From an uncultured virus (IMG/VR IMGVR_UViG_3300031539_000018) (Duplodnaviria; Heunggongvirae; Uroviricota; Caudoviricetes), in IMG/VR virus record IMGVR_UViG_3300031539_000018, positions 1 through 64,000 of that record: DNA of 64,000 nt. One strand, 5' to 3'. The first letter of the stretch is position 1. The number at the start of each line of letters is the position of its first letter. This document shows, piece by piece, positions 9,541 to 19,753 of this stretch. The translations under genes and the position numbers were made by a program. Below the pieces are notes generated by a model. It did no database searches. It saw only the letters and a list, made by a program, of their open reading frames with translations, and was not told the DNA's origin.

Positions 9541-9890
9541 CAGACGCCCAAGGGCACAGCATAGACATCCCTGTGGCGAGCGTCATCAAGGACGTCAAGG
9601 TCAATGTGAAGCTCACGGGCTTCCGCCGCTGGCATATGCGTCTGCGGATTGGCCTGGTGCTGATGCGGCTCGCTATCTGGATATCAGGCATGGGATGCAA
9701 TGTGGAGGAACCGCCTGATGAGCCGGACGCCACACATGATGAATCCTTTGGCAGTGATGAGCATCTTACTGAGCGCGGCAAGGAATCTATTGGGACGCTC
9801 AGGCAGATGAGAGCCAAGGGCTATCCACGTTCACGGATTCAGCGTTTCTTAGATCACGATATAGGGAGATGTCATGCCAGCCACGATTAG
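9537..9890 (+). CDS. hypothetical protein
   Basis: ATGA overlap with the upstream gene; SD GGAG. Confidence 0.5.
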   Translation: MTDAQGHSIDIPVASVIKDVKVNVKLTGFRRWHMRLRIGLVLMRLAIWISGMGCNVEEPPDEPDATHDESFGSDEHLTERGKESIGTLRQMRAKGYPRSRIQRFLDHDIGRCHASHD

Positions 9891-10299
9891 AGGGGTTGTT
9901 GGGAGATTAAGACTTCAGTACTATATCCTCAAGGACCCGCGTTTTGCTGCTTGGTACTCAGGCCGGATCATTCAAAAGGATTTTCACGTCCCGACCCGCC
10001 CATCGGATATCAGGTTCCCGATTCACCATCCACAAACTGGGGAGCCAATTAAGGATTGTATCCAGTATGCTGTTGTAGGAGTATTGCAAGCCGTTGAGCA
10101 AGCAGATGAACGCGGCAATAGTGGTGATCACATCCGGTTATGGTTACTCACGGAGCATTGGAGCTCAATGGTTGAGGCGTTCAAGGGCAATTTTGACTAT
10201 GCGCCCCAATATGATGGGCAGGAAACAGCCCAATTAATGTTTGATGGCAATATGGCTGAGGCCTGGAAGCTGGCTTTGGATGATAGAAATGCCCCCTAG
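9874..10299 (+). CDS. hypothetical protein
   Basis: SD GGGAG; lower-GC accessory ORF. Confidence 0.5.
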   Translation: MPATIRGVVGRLRLQYYILKDPRFAAWYSGRIIQKDFHVPTRPSDIRFPIHHPQTGEPIKDCIQYAVVGVLQAVEQADERGNSGDHIRLWLLTEHWSSMVEAFKGNFDYAPQYDGQETAQLMFDGNMAEAWKLALDDRNAP

Positions 10300-10332
10300 A
10301 ATCCGCCATGGGATGCAAAGTGGAGGAGCCAG

Positions 10333-10635
10333 GTGAAACAAGCGCTTCGGATTAAGTTCAATGCCTTGGGGAGATGGGAAGAAGAACCTGTTCATCCTAA
10401 AGAAGACTGGACGGGTCTAGGAGAACACAGTTTCTCGTACGGCGACTCCGGTGTTTTCTTCATTTGTTCATCATACTGCATGATGTGTGGAGAGAAGAAG
10501 GATGTTGCAGCATTTGACACATCCACTGGTGAGTATGCACCGTGCTTCATATGTCGGGATTGCATAAATGCCGCCTTTGACCGCTACGCAACAGGCGAAC
10601 GCACGGAGAAACCAGAAAATGGAGAGCATTCTTAG
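10333..10635 (+). CDS. hypothetical Zn-finger protein
   Basis: CMMC...CRDC; SD GGAGG; lies between 19-bp direct repeats. Confidence 0.5.
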   Translation: MKQALRIKFNALGRWEEEPVHPKEDWTGLGEHSFSYGDSGVFFICSSYCMMCGEKKDVAAFDTSTGEYAPCFICRDCINAAFDRYATGERTEKPENGEHS

Positions 10636-10763
10636 CGCGGTCAGTTGGTTATGGGTTTGTTGGAATAGGTTACTGTGCTTGTTTGGTCATCATGCCTGGA
10701 TAAATCGCGGTTCATGGCCTCGTTCATATTACCTTTGCGAGTGGTGCGAAAAGGAGCCACAGG

Positions 10764-11270
10764 ATGCCCCCTAGAATCCGCCTTGAGCGCATCGGGTCTG
10801 ACAAGCCCATCGTGGACACCGCCAAACTCCTGCGGGGCCTGGAGCGGGCCGTAGATGACACCACGGCCATAGTGGAGTCCAATTTCAAGGCCACGACCAA
10901 GACCTGGAGGCACAAGGTCCGGTTCAAGCGGCGCAAGGCAGCAAGGCGTGGCAACGTGATTGAGGGCGACGTGACCACAGACGATGAGATATACGGCTAT
11001 GTCACAGGTGGCACCAGGCGTCACCTCATACCGAAACGGCCCTTGCCACAGGGTAGGTCTCTCCGCTTCCGCGGTGGCAAGTACGGGGCCAAGACGCGGC
11101 CCAGGGTGCTCGGCTCGCACAAGGGCGGGGCGGGTGGTGCCTTTGTGTTCCGGAAGCAAGTTATGCACCCCGGCACGAAGGCCAGGGAGTTTGAGCAGGA
11201 GATCGCCTTGCGGCGTCAGAGGAACCTCCATAACTTCGTCATCAGGGCGTATGCGGAGGCCAGGAAGTGA
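10764..11270 (+). CDS. HK97 gp10-like neck/tail completion protein
   Basis: Basic protein with YGYVTGGTRRHLIP...VMHPGTKAREF motifs. Confidence 0.7.
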   Translation: MPPRIRLERIGSDKPIVDTAKLLRGLERAVDDTTAIVESNFKATTKTWRHKVRFKRRKAARRGNVIEGDVTTDDEIYGYVTGGTRRHLIPKRPLPQGRSLRFRGGKYGAKTRPRVLGSHKGGAGGAFVFRKQVMHPGTKAREFEQEIALRRQRNLHNFVIRAYAEARK

Positions 11271-11512
11271 GCGGCCAAGTATGGTCAGATTCTTACATTG
11301 TGACCGATGAGCCGGGCATATTCAGACAAGGCAGCCGGTTCTTCACCCTAGCCCAGGTCATCAATGGGTTGTGCAACCTTCTGGTGGCGATATACTGGAA
11401 GGATTTGCGCCTGGGGCAGAACGAGTGGCTGCAAGTAACCTTCATGCCGGAAACTAAACGATGGAACTTCTGCGTCAAGGCAGAATGGACGGTAGGAGAG
11501 GCCAGGAAGTGA
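11267..11512 (+). CDS. hypothetical protein
   Basis: GTGA-coupled; bounded by a 15-bp direct repeat. Confidence 0.45.
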   Translation: MSGQVWSDSYIVTDEPGIFRQGSRFFTLAQVINGLCNLLVAIYWKDLRLGQNEWLQVTFMPETKRWNFCVKAEWTVGEARK

Positions 11513-11703
11513 CGACAAAGGTTTGGAGTCCGGAGCTGGCTAAAGAGCTTGAGGAGAGTGATAGGCAGTTCCTAATGGAATGGCGGCGTACCTTGCTAGC
11601 TCAGGTAGACGCCATTGAGCGCAGGCTGAAACTCCAGCCCACGACAGCAGACTTGCGCAAGCAAGCAAAGTGTGATAAGGTCTTTGTCAAGTCAGGGCCA
11701 TAA
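11509..11703 (+). CDS. hypothetical protein
   Basis: GTGA-coupled start (MTTKVWSPEL...). Confidence 0.5.
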   Translation: MTTKVWSPELAKELEESDRQFLMEWRRTLLAQVDAIERRLKLQPTTADLRKQAKCDKVFVKSGP

Positions 11704-11783
11704 TCAATCCAGGCTTCCCGAAAGGTACGCCGTCTATCAGGTGGCCGTCCGCAAGGTGCGCCGCCAAGAGGCGGCGTTTTCTT

Positions 11784-14273
11784 ATGGAGCAGGGACCGCA
11801 GGGGTTGTACCTCAAGCCGCCACATGGGGAGCTATCCCACAGCGGCGTTAAGACCGCATTGGCCAAGGCGAGGGAGTTTGGTTTCGAGGGCCAGCCCTTT
11901 GCATTGTGCTCGGGATTGTACGGCTATGGTGATCTGGTCCTGGGAGACCCGGAGGCGGTGGGCGTCGATGAGTTCGATGCGCGGTTTAGTGAGCACCGGG
12001 TATCCGTCAAGGAGCGGTTGAAGTGGTGGCCTGATGTCACCGAGTTGTTCCTGTACGCCTACAAGGAATGGGTGCCCTATGGGAAGCCAAGGCGGGTCGA
12101 AGTACCCGCACAGGTGCAGACGCTGATGGGGCCGATACGGTTTCTGGACGAGGAGGCAGGCATGGGAGAGGGCGTGGTAATCAACGTCAACACAGCGGGC
12201 GCGGCTCCGAAGGTTACGGAGGACGTGGCCCTGATGAAGGCTATGGCTGGCGATGGTGAGGCCATAGCGGAGCTTGAAGAGGGGGAAGGCCTCAAGGTCT
12301 GGGCACCGGCAGATGCAACCGGGCACACGGAGGCAGCGGACACCCCCAAGAAGAAACGTCAATGGGCCAGCACGGCCAACAGTGCGCGGAGCACTTGCAT
12401 CGATGCCATATCCGGAAAGGCCACGGCTGCGCAGATAAAGGCGTGTGAGGGCAAAGCTGTCAGGATAGCCAACGATGCTGTCAAGAGTGCAAGTGAGAAT
12501 CCCGATGGGGAGAAGGACATCAAGGTCAAGGACCTGCGCAGTGAGAAGGCCCAAGGTGAGATGGACCTGATGGAGATTAACGAGGCGGTATGGGAGGCTA
12601 TAAATCCCCCCCGTTCATCTGACGCTACTGTTGGTGTGGTGAATAGACCCTACCCGCGGGACGTGGATGTCTACGACAGCTATGTCACGTATGAACTGGA
12701 GGGCAAGAACTACGTACGCACCTACACCATAGTAGACGGTAAGGCCCAGTTGGGTGAGGCGGTGGAGGCCGAAGTAATAGTCAGGCCGGTCGTCAAGGCT
12801 TTTGATGAAGGCTACAAGGCCGAGCTGATTCAGGAGTTTGACGCCCTGGAATTGGGCGACAAGGTCTTGGGTGATGATGAGAAGGCCGCATTGACCTCTG
12901 CACAGCGCCGGGCTTTGCCGAACAGTGCTTATGCCTGGGTAGAGACCGGTGAGGGCTGCGAGAAGGTAGACGGCAAGACGCCGGAGAAGTGCCGCCACCT
13001 CCCCTACAAGAAGGCCGACGGGAGCCTGGACTGTGCCAGGGTACGCAATGCCAGGGCCAGGATACCGCAGATGAGCGGGGTGCCTCAGGCTGCCACGGAT
13101 AAGATCGAGGGGGCACAGAAGAAGTGTACCAAGGAGAAGAGCTTGTCAACGTCACTGAGAGCCCAAGCGAACAAGGCACTAGAGGGCATGGTGGGCCTGT
13201 GGAGGGCTGTGACTGGTGACGACAAGCTCCTGGAGGGCGAGACCGGGTTCAAGGCATTTAAGGGAGTAGACGGCAAGACCTACATCCTCACGTGGACGAC
13301 TAATGCTTTCATGGACCGGGACGGTGAGATATTCACCACCAAGTCCATTGAGGACTATGCGGACCGGGCCTGGCAGGAGATTCAGACCACGGGCAGCAAG
13401 GGGCAATATGACTGCTGGCACATACCCGGCAGTGAGTTCGCTGACATCATGTGGGCCGGAGCAGAGGGCCGGTATCTGGTGGAGATGGGCACCTTTCATA
13501 ACGACGGGGTAGGGAAGGCGTTCGAGACATTCTTCACGGAGTGCCCGGAGGCCCAGAAGGAGATTGCCCCTGACGGCTGGGGGGTCTCCCACAAGTTCAC
13601 TTTCAGGCCTGGGGATCGGGACGATGGGGTGTTCGATTGGTTTGACAAGAGCCGTACTTCGGTTCTGTCAATTCACCGGGCTGCCAATCCGTACACAGCT
13701 ATGGAGGTGCTTCAAATGAGTTTGGATGAAGAACAAATCAACGTACTCAAGACAATTGGTGAGGCCGCGGACGTGGACTTGCTGAGCATGGTGCAGGAGG
13801 CCGGGGCCGCATCTAAGACCCTTGAGGAGGCCGGGGTGGCTCACAAGAGCGCCGATGAGAAGCCTGCGGGGGAGCAGGAAGCGGCAGAGAAGCCAGCCAG
13901 TGAAGACAGTGATGAGACCGCCGACGTGCCGGTCAATGATGTAGCGCAGCGTGTGGCCCAAATCATGGGCTTGAAGGAGCTGAGCGAGATGCTCCAGGAC
14001 ATCAACGGACGCCTGACCGAAGTGGAGAAGGGCGACGAAGAGAAGGGGAAGCGCCTGATCGAAGTAGAGAAGGGCGACGATACGAGGTTAGCGGAAAAGA
14101 AAGCCTGGCAGCCAAGTGTGGTGTGGCTCCGTCCCTCCACGGCTAACAGTACCCTCCTTGATGAGAGCAAGGACAAGGGTTTGACCGACAAAAAGCCGAG
14201 GGTCCCCAATGCCATTCAGCAAGTTTCCAAGACGATATTGGGGAACCCAGTAGCGGGAGGTAGGACATCATGA
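11784..14273 (+). CDS. multidomain prohead protease/scaffolding protein
   Basis: WTTNAFMDRDGEIFT...WH...GVSHKF...AANPYT protease-like core; acidic coiled-coil tail; immediately upstream of the capsid gene. Confidence 0.7.
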   Translation: MEQGPQGLYLKPPHGELSHSGVKTALAKAREFGFEGQPFALCSGLYGYGDLVLGDPEAVGVDEFDARFSEHRVSVKERLKWWPDVTELFLYAYKEWVPYGKPRRVEVPAQVQTLMGPIRFLDEEAGMGEGVVINVNTAGAAPKVTEDVALMKAMAGDGEAIAELEEGEGLKVWAPADATGHTEAADTPKKKRQWASTANSARSTCIDAISGKATAAQIKACEGKAVRIANDAVKSASENPDGEKDIKVKDLRSEKAQGEMDLMEINEAVWEAINPPRSSDATVGVVNRPYPRDVDVYDSYVTYELEGKNYVRTYTIVDGKAQLGEAVEAEVIVRPVVKAFDEGYKAELIQEFDALELGDKVLGDDEKAALTSAQRRALPNSAYAWVETGEGCEKVDGKTPEKCRHLPYKKADGSLDCARVRNARARIPQMSGVPQAATDKIEGAQKKCTKEKSLSTSLRAQANKALEGMVGLWRAVTGDDKLLEGETGFKAFKGVDGKTYILTWTTNAFMDRDGEIFTTKSIEDYADRAWQEIQTTGSKGQYDCWHIPGSEFADIMWAGAEGRYLVEMGTFHNDGVGKAFETFFTECPEAQKEIAPDGWGVSHKFTFRPGDRDDGVFDWFDKSRTSVLSIHRAANPYTAMEVLQMSLDEEQINVLKTIGEAADVDLLSMVQEAGAASKTLEEAGVAHKSADEKPAGEQEAAEKPASEDSDETADVPVNDVAQRVAQIMGLKELSEMLQDINGRLTEVEKGDEEKGKRLIEVEKGDDTRLAEKKAWQPSVVWLRPSTANSTLLDESKDKGLTDKKPRVPNAIQQVSKTILGNPVAGGRTS

Positions 14274-15769
14274 GCGGTCAATTGGACCAGAGCCAAATGG
14301 TAGCCCTGGGGCAGGCCATTGCCCAGGGAATGATGCAGAGCGGCCTGGTGCAGGGCCAGAAGTACGCCACCGGGACGCCGACGACCAACTGGATCCACGG
14401 TCCGGGCGGCATTTTGGGTTCGTCTGCTCTGGACCAGCAGATTATCAGCGCACGCATCACGCCGATGGGTCTCAGCTCGGTGCTCCCGGTGAATATGAGC
14501 CGGGATACCAACCCCGAGTACGGGTTCATCACGGGCATGTCGTCTAGCGGTGAGGCGGAGCCAAGCGGGGTTTGCGCGGACTGCCCTTCGGGGATCACAC
14601 AGTCCTGCATCCAGACCACACAGTTTGGGCGCGTCTGCCGCGAGACCAAGGAGCTGGACATCGACCGGACCATCGAACGCATCAATCGTGGCGAGATCGA
14701 CTACCAGCTCATCAATGACATCCTGGGCCTCCAGCCCGCAGACGTCTTCCGAGCCATCACTCAGCCGGACTACCGGACCGTGCTCAATGTCGCTACGGCC
14801 TGGGGCATGGTGGAGGTCGGAGGTCAGTTCCAGCAGGTGCTGGTACCCATGACCTTCCAGGGCAACCCGGTAAACAACACAGCCGGGGGAGGGTACAAGG
14901 AGTTTGCAGGGCTGGATCTGCTCATCAGCACCAACTACGTTGACGCCTACACAGGAGCCAATTGCGCGGCCTTGGACGCGGATGTCAAGACATTCAATTG
15001 GGCGGACGTGAACTCCGTGGACGCCAACGGGAACTTCACCATCGTGTCTCAACTGTCCTGGATGGAGGAGTACGTTCACCGCAACGCCAGGCGCATGGGA
15101 CTCATGCCCGCTAGTTGGGTATGGGTAATGCGTGAGGAGTTGTGGTATATGCTCACGGAGATTTGGCCTACGGCATACTACACCAGCCGTGGCCTGACGG
15201 CGGTGCCGCCGGGGGTCTCCGTGAACGTGGATGGGGTGGACCTGACCCAGTTGCGCGATACCATGCGCGCCGGGATGTTCCTTGAGATCAATGGGCGCAG
15301 GCACCCCGTGGTCATAGATGACGGGATCGTGGAGTACAATGAGGCCACCGGCCAGGGCAACCTTGTGGCCGGCGACTTCGCCAGCACCATTTACCTGGTG
15401 CCCGTTACCGTTGCAGGTGGCACGCAGGCCACCTTCTACGAGACCAAGGATTATCGGTTCACGGCGGCGGAGATGGCCGCTGCGCCGGGCGGACTGCTCC
15501 AGGACCAGTTCTGGACGGACGATGGCCGGTTCCTGTGGACCCTGGACCGCCAGTTGTGGTGCTACATCCTGGCGGGCAAGATCGAGCCGCGGATCATACT
15601 GCGGACTCCCATGCTGTCGGGCAAGCTAGAATACGTGAAGTACACGCCTGTGCAGCACTTCAGGGATTTCGATGAGGACAGCGACTACTTCCTCAAGGGT
15701 GGTGTACCTTCCAGGCCAGCCCCGAGTTTCTGGGGTACTTGGAACCTGCCTGCGACCTATAGTCGCTAG
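14270..15769 (+). CDS. major capsid protein
   Basis: 499 aa, coupled to the protease/scaffold; FQGNP...EFAGLDLLI and WVWVM segments resemble HK97-fold capsids. Confidence 0.8.
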   Translation: MSGQLDQSQMVALGQAIAQGMMQSGLVQGQKYATGTPTTNWIHGPGGILGSSALDQQIISARITPMGLSSVLPVNMSRDTNPEYGFITGMSSSGEAEPSGVCADCPSGITQSCIQTTQFGRVCRETKELDIDRTIERINRGEIDYQLINDILGLQPADVFRAITQPDYRTVLNVATAWGMVEVGGQFQQVLVPMTFQGNPVNNTAGGGYKEFAGLDLLISTNYVDAYTGANCAALDADVKTFNWADVNSVDANGNFTIVSQLSWMEEYVHRNARRMGLMPASWVWVMREELWYMLTEIWPTAYYTSRGLTAVPPGVSVNVDGVDLTQLRDTMRAGMFLEINGRRHPVVIDDGIVEYNEATGQGNLVAGDFASTIYLVPVTVAGGTQATFYETKDYRFTAAEMAAAPGGLLQDQFWTDDGRFLWTLDRQLWCYILAGKIEPRIILRTPMLSGKLEYVKYTPVQHFRDFDEDSDYFLKGGVPSRPAPSFWGTWNLPATYSR

Positions 15770-15785
15770 TGACGGTTGACAAAGA

Positions 15786-15808
15786 TGGGGGCGGTTCTTC
15801 CGCCCCCA
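15786..15808 (+). terminator. GC hairpin after the capsid gene (terminator or mRNA-stability element)
   Basis: TGGGGGCGG-N5-CCGCCCCCA; no U-tract. Confidence 0.45.
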
Positions 15809-15830
15809 CATACCCAAAGGAGCGGGTCTG

Positions 15831-18470
15831 ATGCGTGTCCAGATGGTGCCGGGGGAACGGTTTTTCCGTTCGCATGAAAGCGGCATAAAAAGGGTCGTGG
15901 AGGCGTACTGCAAGCACCTGCCGGAATTCGGCATAGAGATAGTCACCGAGGACGTGAAGGACTACGATGTCAAGGCGGTGCACGCAGGGATGGCCCCGGA
16001 TTGCGACGTGGCTCATCTGCATGGTCTTTACTGGACTTCTGATTATGAGGCCTCTGCTTGGGAGTGGAAGGCCAACAGCGGCGTGATCGGTAATCTCCGC
16101 GTAGCCAGGGAGGTTACAGTACCCTCGGAGTGGGTGGCCATGACCATCAGGCGGGATATGCGCATTCAGCCCCACGTGGTGCCTCACGGCATCGAGTGGG
16201 ATGAGTGGGCACATCACCACGAGAAGAGCGGCGGCTACGTGCTATGGAACAAGAACCGGGACGCCGACGTGTGCACGCCGTGGCCGATGGCGGACCTGGC
16301 CAAGACGGCGCCGGAAGTGAAGTTCATATCTACCTTTGCGCCACCCAATGCGCCCGATAACGTGGAGGTCATCGGGTTGCAGCCCTACGAGGGCATGAAG
16401 CTGTTGGTGCAGGGCGCGGGGGTCTACCTGAGCACGACCAAGGAGACGTTCGGGATCGGCATCCTGGAGGCGATGGCGGCGGGGGTGCCGGTGCTGGGGT
16501 TTGCGTGGGGCAATATCGGGAACCTGGTGCACCACCAGGTCAACGGCTGGCTGTCTATGCCGGGGGACTTCGACCATCTACGTGAGGGGTTGGAGTACTG
16601 CGTGCAGCACCGGGAGCGGCTGGGTGAGGCTGGCCGCGAGATGTCCAAGCACTACCGCTGGAGGGAGGTCTGCAAGCAGGTGGCGGGGGTCTACGAGCTG
16701 GCGGCGCGGGAGCATCTGGCGAACGTGGCGGTGATCATCCCCAGCCACAACTACGCGGACCGGGTGGGGCAGGCCATAGAGAGCGCCCTGGCACAGACCT
16801 ACAAGGGCCTGACGAACGTAGTAGTGGTAGATGACGGGAGTGAGGACGACGGGGCCACGGGGCAGGTTGTGGCAAAGTATGAGGAGCAGGACAGCCGGGT
16901 GCGGTACATCAAGCAGCAGAATCAGGGTGTGGCTGTGGCGAGAAACAGGGGCATTGACAGCGTCGATACGGAATACGTCTGTTGCCTGGATGCGGACGAT
17001 GCCATAGCGCCTGAGTTCCTGAGCAGGTGCATCAGCCCGTTGGAGGAGGACCGGTCTTTGGGGCTGTCGTTTACGGGCCTGTGGGCAGTGACCCCGGACG
17101 GGAAGGCAGGTCAGTCCCAATGGCCTGACGGCTACGACTTCGAGCAGCAGTTGGCGCGGCGTAACCAGGTGCCCACGTGCTGCGTGTTCCGCCGGGAGGC
17201 CTGGAAGCGGCTGGGCGGATACCGGAAGCGGTACTGCCCAAACGGCGCGGGCAGCGAGGATGCGGAGTTCTGGACTCGGATGGGGGCCTATGGCTGGGGT
17301 GCGGTGCAGGCCACCAAGGAGCCGCTGTTCATGTACGCCCTGGGCACAGGCCACGTGACGGCGCTCCTAAAAGAGGGCAACTATCAAGAGCCGGACTGGC
17401 TGGCCTGGCACCCCTGGGTTCAGGATAGGCAGTTTCCTCTTGCTTGTCTGGCAGAGCCGAAGCGGTTCAGTCATCCGGTGCGGGCTTATGACACGCCGTG
17501 GGTGAGTGTGATCGTGCCTGTGGGTCCGGGCCATGAGGAGATCGTGGTTGACGCCCTGGACAGTTTGGAGGCGCAGACCTTCCGGCAGTGGGAGTGCGTG
17601 CTGGTGAATGATACGGGGCAGCCCCTACCTGAGCAGCTATTGAGGGCATACCCCTACGTGACACTGGTGGAGACGCCGGGGAACAAGGGCGCGGGTTATG
17701 CGCGAAATAGGGGCGTGGAGGTAGCGAGGTCTCCCTTGCTCACCTTCCTAGATGCAGACGATTACATGCAGCCGGAGTTCCTGCGGGTATGCGTGGAGAC
17801 TAGGTTGCAGACTGGCAGTTGGATCTATACTGATTTGTGGTCGGCATGGCCCAACGGCGAGATCCACGAGTACCAGGTGGATGACTTCGACGTGACTAGC
17901 TTGTGGCAGGACGGCTTGGGGGCGGTGACAGTGATTATTGACCAGGCCGAGTTTCAGGCCGTGGGTGGCTTCGACGAGGAGCTGGACACGCGGGAGGATT
18001 GGGATTTTCAGTTCAAGCTAGCCATGGCGGGCTTTTGCGGTGTGCGTGTGCCTCAGCCCTTGGTGACCTACCGCCTCGCTACGGGGGAGCGCAGGGAGAA
18101 ACAGGCTAGTGATACCGCGGCCATGCTGAGGGAGAAATATGACCTGGAGGGCTTAAAGGTGGCGTGCAAACCATGTTCACAGAATGCCAGGGTTATGAAT
18201 ACCGTGTTGCCGCAGAGCTGGAGCACCAAGGAGGAGGAAGGGTTCGTACAGTTGAAGTACGTGGGCAAGAACCGGGCCACCTCTACATTCAAGGGTGTTT
18301 CAGGGCGCAATTACCGGTTCGGGAACAACGATGATGCGCGGATTGCCTGGGTGCATCCGGAGGATGCTATCAACCTTGTAGACGTAAAGCACCAACCATT
18401 TGAGCGCGTGCAAGCGTTGACCCAGACGCAGGGTCTGCCTACGGCGCTGATGGCCCCGGTTTCAGGATAA
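15831..18470 (+). CDS. three-domain glycosyltransferase (GT4 + GT2 + GT2)
   Basis: GT-B motif ETFGIGILEAMAAGVPV; two GT-A domains (VAVIIPSHN...VVDDGS...ARNRG...LDADD and VSVIVP...ARNRG...FLDADD...GGFDE...EDWDF). Confidence 0.92.
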   Translation: MRVQMVPGERFFRSHESGIKRVVEAYCKHLPEFGIEIVTEDVKDYDVKAVHAGMAPDCDVAHLHGLYWTSDYEASAWEWKANSGVIGNLRVAREVTVPSEWVAMTIRRDMRIQPHVVPHGIEWDEWAHHHEKSGGYVLWNKNRDADVCTPWPMADLAKTAPEVKFISTFAPPNAPDNVEVIGLQPYEGMKLLVQGAGVYLSTTKETFGIGILEAMAAGVPVLGFAWGNIGNLVHHQVNGWLSMPGDFDHLREGLEYCVQHRERLGEAGREMSKHYRWREVCKQVAGVYELAAREHLANVAVIIPSHNYADRVGQAIESALAQTYKGLTNVVVVDDGSEDDGATGQVVAKYEEQDSRVRYIKQQNQGVAVARNRGIDSVDTEYVCCLDADDAIAPEFLSRCISPLEEDRSLGLSFTGLWAVTPDGKAGQSQWPDGYDFEQQLARRNQVPTCCVFRREAWKRLGGYRKRYCPNGAGSEDAEFWTRMGAYGWGAVQATKEPLFMYALGTGHVTALLKEGNYQEPDWLAWHPWVQDRQFPLACLAEPKRFSHPVRAYDTPWVSVIVPVGPGHEEIVVDALDSLEAQTFRQWECVLVNDTGQPLPEQLLRAYPYVTLVETPGNKGAGYARNRGVEVARSPLLTFLDADDYMQPEFLRVCVETRLQTGSWIYTDLWSAWPNGEIHEYQVDDFDVTSLWQDGLGAVTVIIDQAEFQAVGGFDEELDTREDWDFQFKLAMAGFCGVRVPQPLVTYRLATGERREKQASDTAAMLREKYDLEGLKVACKPCSQNARVMNTVLPQSWSTKEEEGFVQLKYVGKNRATSTFKGVSGRNYRFGNNDDARIAWVHPEDAINLVDVKHQPFERVQALTQTQGLPTALMAPVSG

Positions 18471-18476
18471 GGGGAG

Positions 18477-19739
18477 ATGAGCAGGGATACCAAGACTACG
18501 TTGCTATCGCTGGACAGGTACGCCAAGTGGCTGGGGCTGGACCCGCTGCACTTCGCGGGTGGCTATAGTGCACTCCGGCCTGCGGGCACCTGCAATAGCG
18601 TCTGGATGCAGTACGATTGGCAGAACGCCAGCCACGTGAGCAGGCATCAGTTGGCCGAACTGATTGCCAAGGCCGAGGAGGACATTGCCCTGCTCGTGAG
18701 GTACTGGCCTGCGCTAGTTTGGATCTCAGACGAGTGGCACCCGTACCCCAGGATACACCGCCGGGAGCTGTACGGGACGGGATTGACGCGGCGCGGCGAC
18801 CACAAGCCGATGAACCTCAAATGGGGCTACGTGTGGTATGGCGGGCAGAGGGCGGTGACGGCTATCGACGCGGCCAACGTAACGCGCAATGCCGATGTGG
18901 ACGGCGATGGGGACGGGTTTGCGGAGTGGGCTCAGTTCACTATCACCAACGTGGCTACGGACTTCAATGTCTGCCAGCTCAGGGCGTACTTCAAGGTCTA
19001 TGCCGCATTGGACGCGACTAATTGCCGGACCGACCCGGCGAGTGCGGGCGCGGACCCGGCATGGGAGGTGAAACCCGTAACGGTTACGCTTTCAGGCACG
19101 ACGCTAACAGTTCTGATCCCGATATGGTGCCTGTTCAAGCCGCAGTTGCAGGAGTCGTTTAGCGCCACTGGCATAGACGCCGATGTCGTGGGCAGCTATG
19201 TGGACACCTTGACCTTCTACCGGGAGTACAATGACCCGTCGGAGCAGGTGCAGTTCCTGTGGGGTGAGCCGGGTTGCAGGACCGCAGCCTGTGCTGTCAG
19301 CATACAGGCGGGTTGTTTTGGGGTATTGGACCCGAGGGAGGGTACTGTGGTCCCACAGCCGGGCACGTGGGACGGTGAATCCTTCGCCCTTGCGTCGTGG
19401 ACTGAGGGGCGGGAACCCGATTCGGTGCGGTTCTGGTACCGGGCGGGGTATCAACCGGAGGTGGCTCCGGGGTGCGATCCTTTAAGCGACTACTGGGCCA
19501 ACCTGATTGCGATACTGGCGACGTCCAGGCTGGAGCGGCCCCTATGTGCCTGCTCACTAGCTAGGGCCAAGGCGGATGTTTGGCGTACGGACGTGACCAA
19601 GGTTAACGACTCTGGCAGCTTCCAGTTGGGCATGGATGCGCTGGATTGCACGCTGGGCTATCGCAGGGGTGAGATTCATGTATGGAAACATCTTTCAGGC
19701 CGCCCCGGTTTGACCAGGGGCCAGGCCGTAGAATGGTGA
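18477..19739 (+). CDS. putative head-tail adaptor/connector
   Basis: VRFWYRAGY motif; position between head and tail genes. Confidence 0.6.
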   Translation: MSRDTKTTLLSLDRYAKWLGLDPLHFAGGYSALRPAGTCNSVWMQYDWQNASHVSRHQLAELIAKAEEDIALLVRYWPALVWISDEWHPYPRIHRRELYGTGLTRRGDHKPMNLKWGYVWYGGQRAVTAIDAANVTRNADVDGDGDGFAEWAQFTITNVATDFNVCQLRAYFKVYAALDATNCRTDPASAGADPAWEVKPVTVTLSGTTLTVLIPIWCLFKPQLQESFSATGIDADVVGSYVDTLTFYREYNDPSEQVQFLWGEPGCRTAACAVSIQAGCFGVLDPREGTVVPQPGTWDGESFALASWTEGREPDSVRFWYRAGYQPEVAPGCDPLSDYWANLIAILATSRLERPLCACSLARAKADVWRTDVTKVNDSGSFQLGMDALDCTLGYRRGEIHVWKHLSGRPGLTRGQAVEW

Positions 19740-19753
19740 CGGAGGTGTAGGAG

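Noticed and set aside
14216..15304. Long minus-strand ORFs (also 43404-44516, 48222-49082, 54779-55867)
   Set aside because: Antisense shadows of well-supported + strand genes in GC-rich DNA; no motifs.
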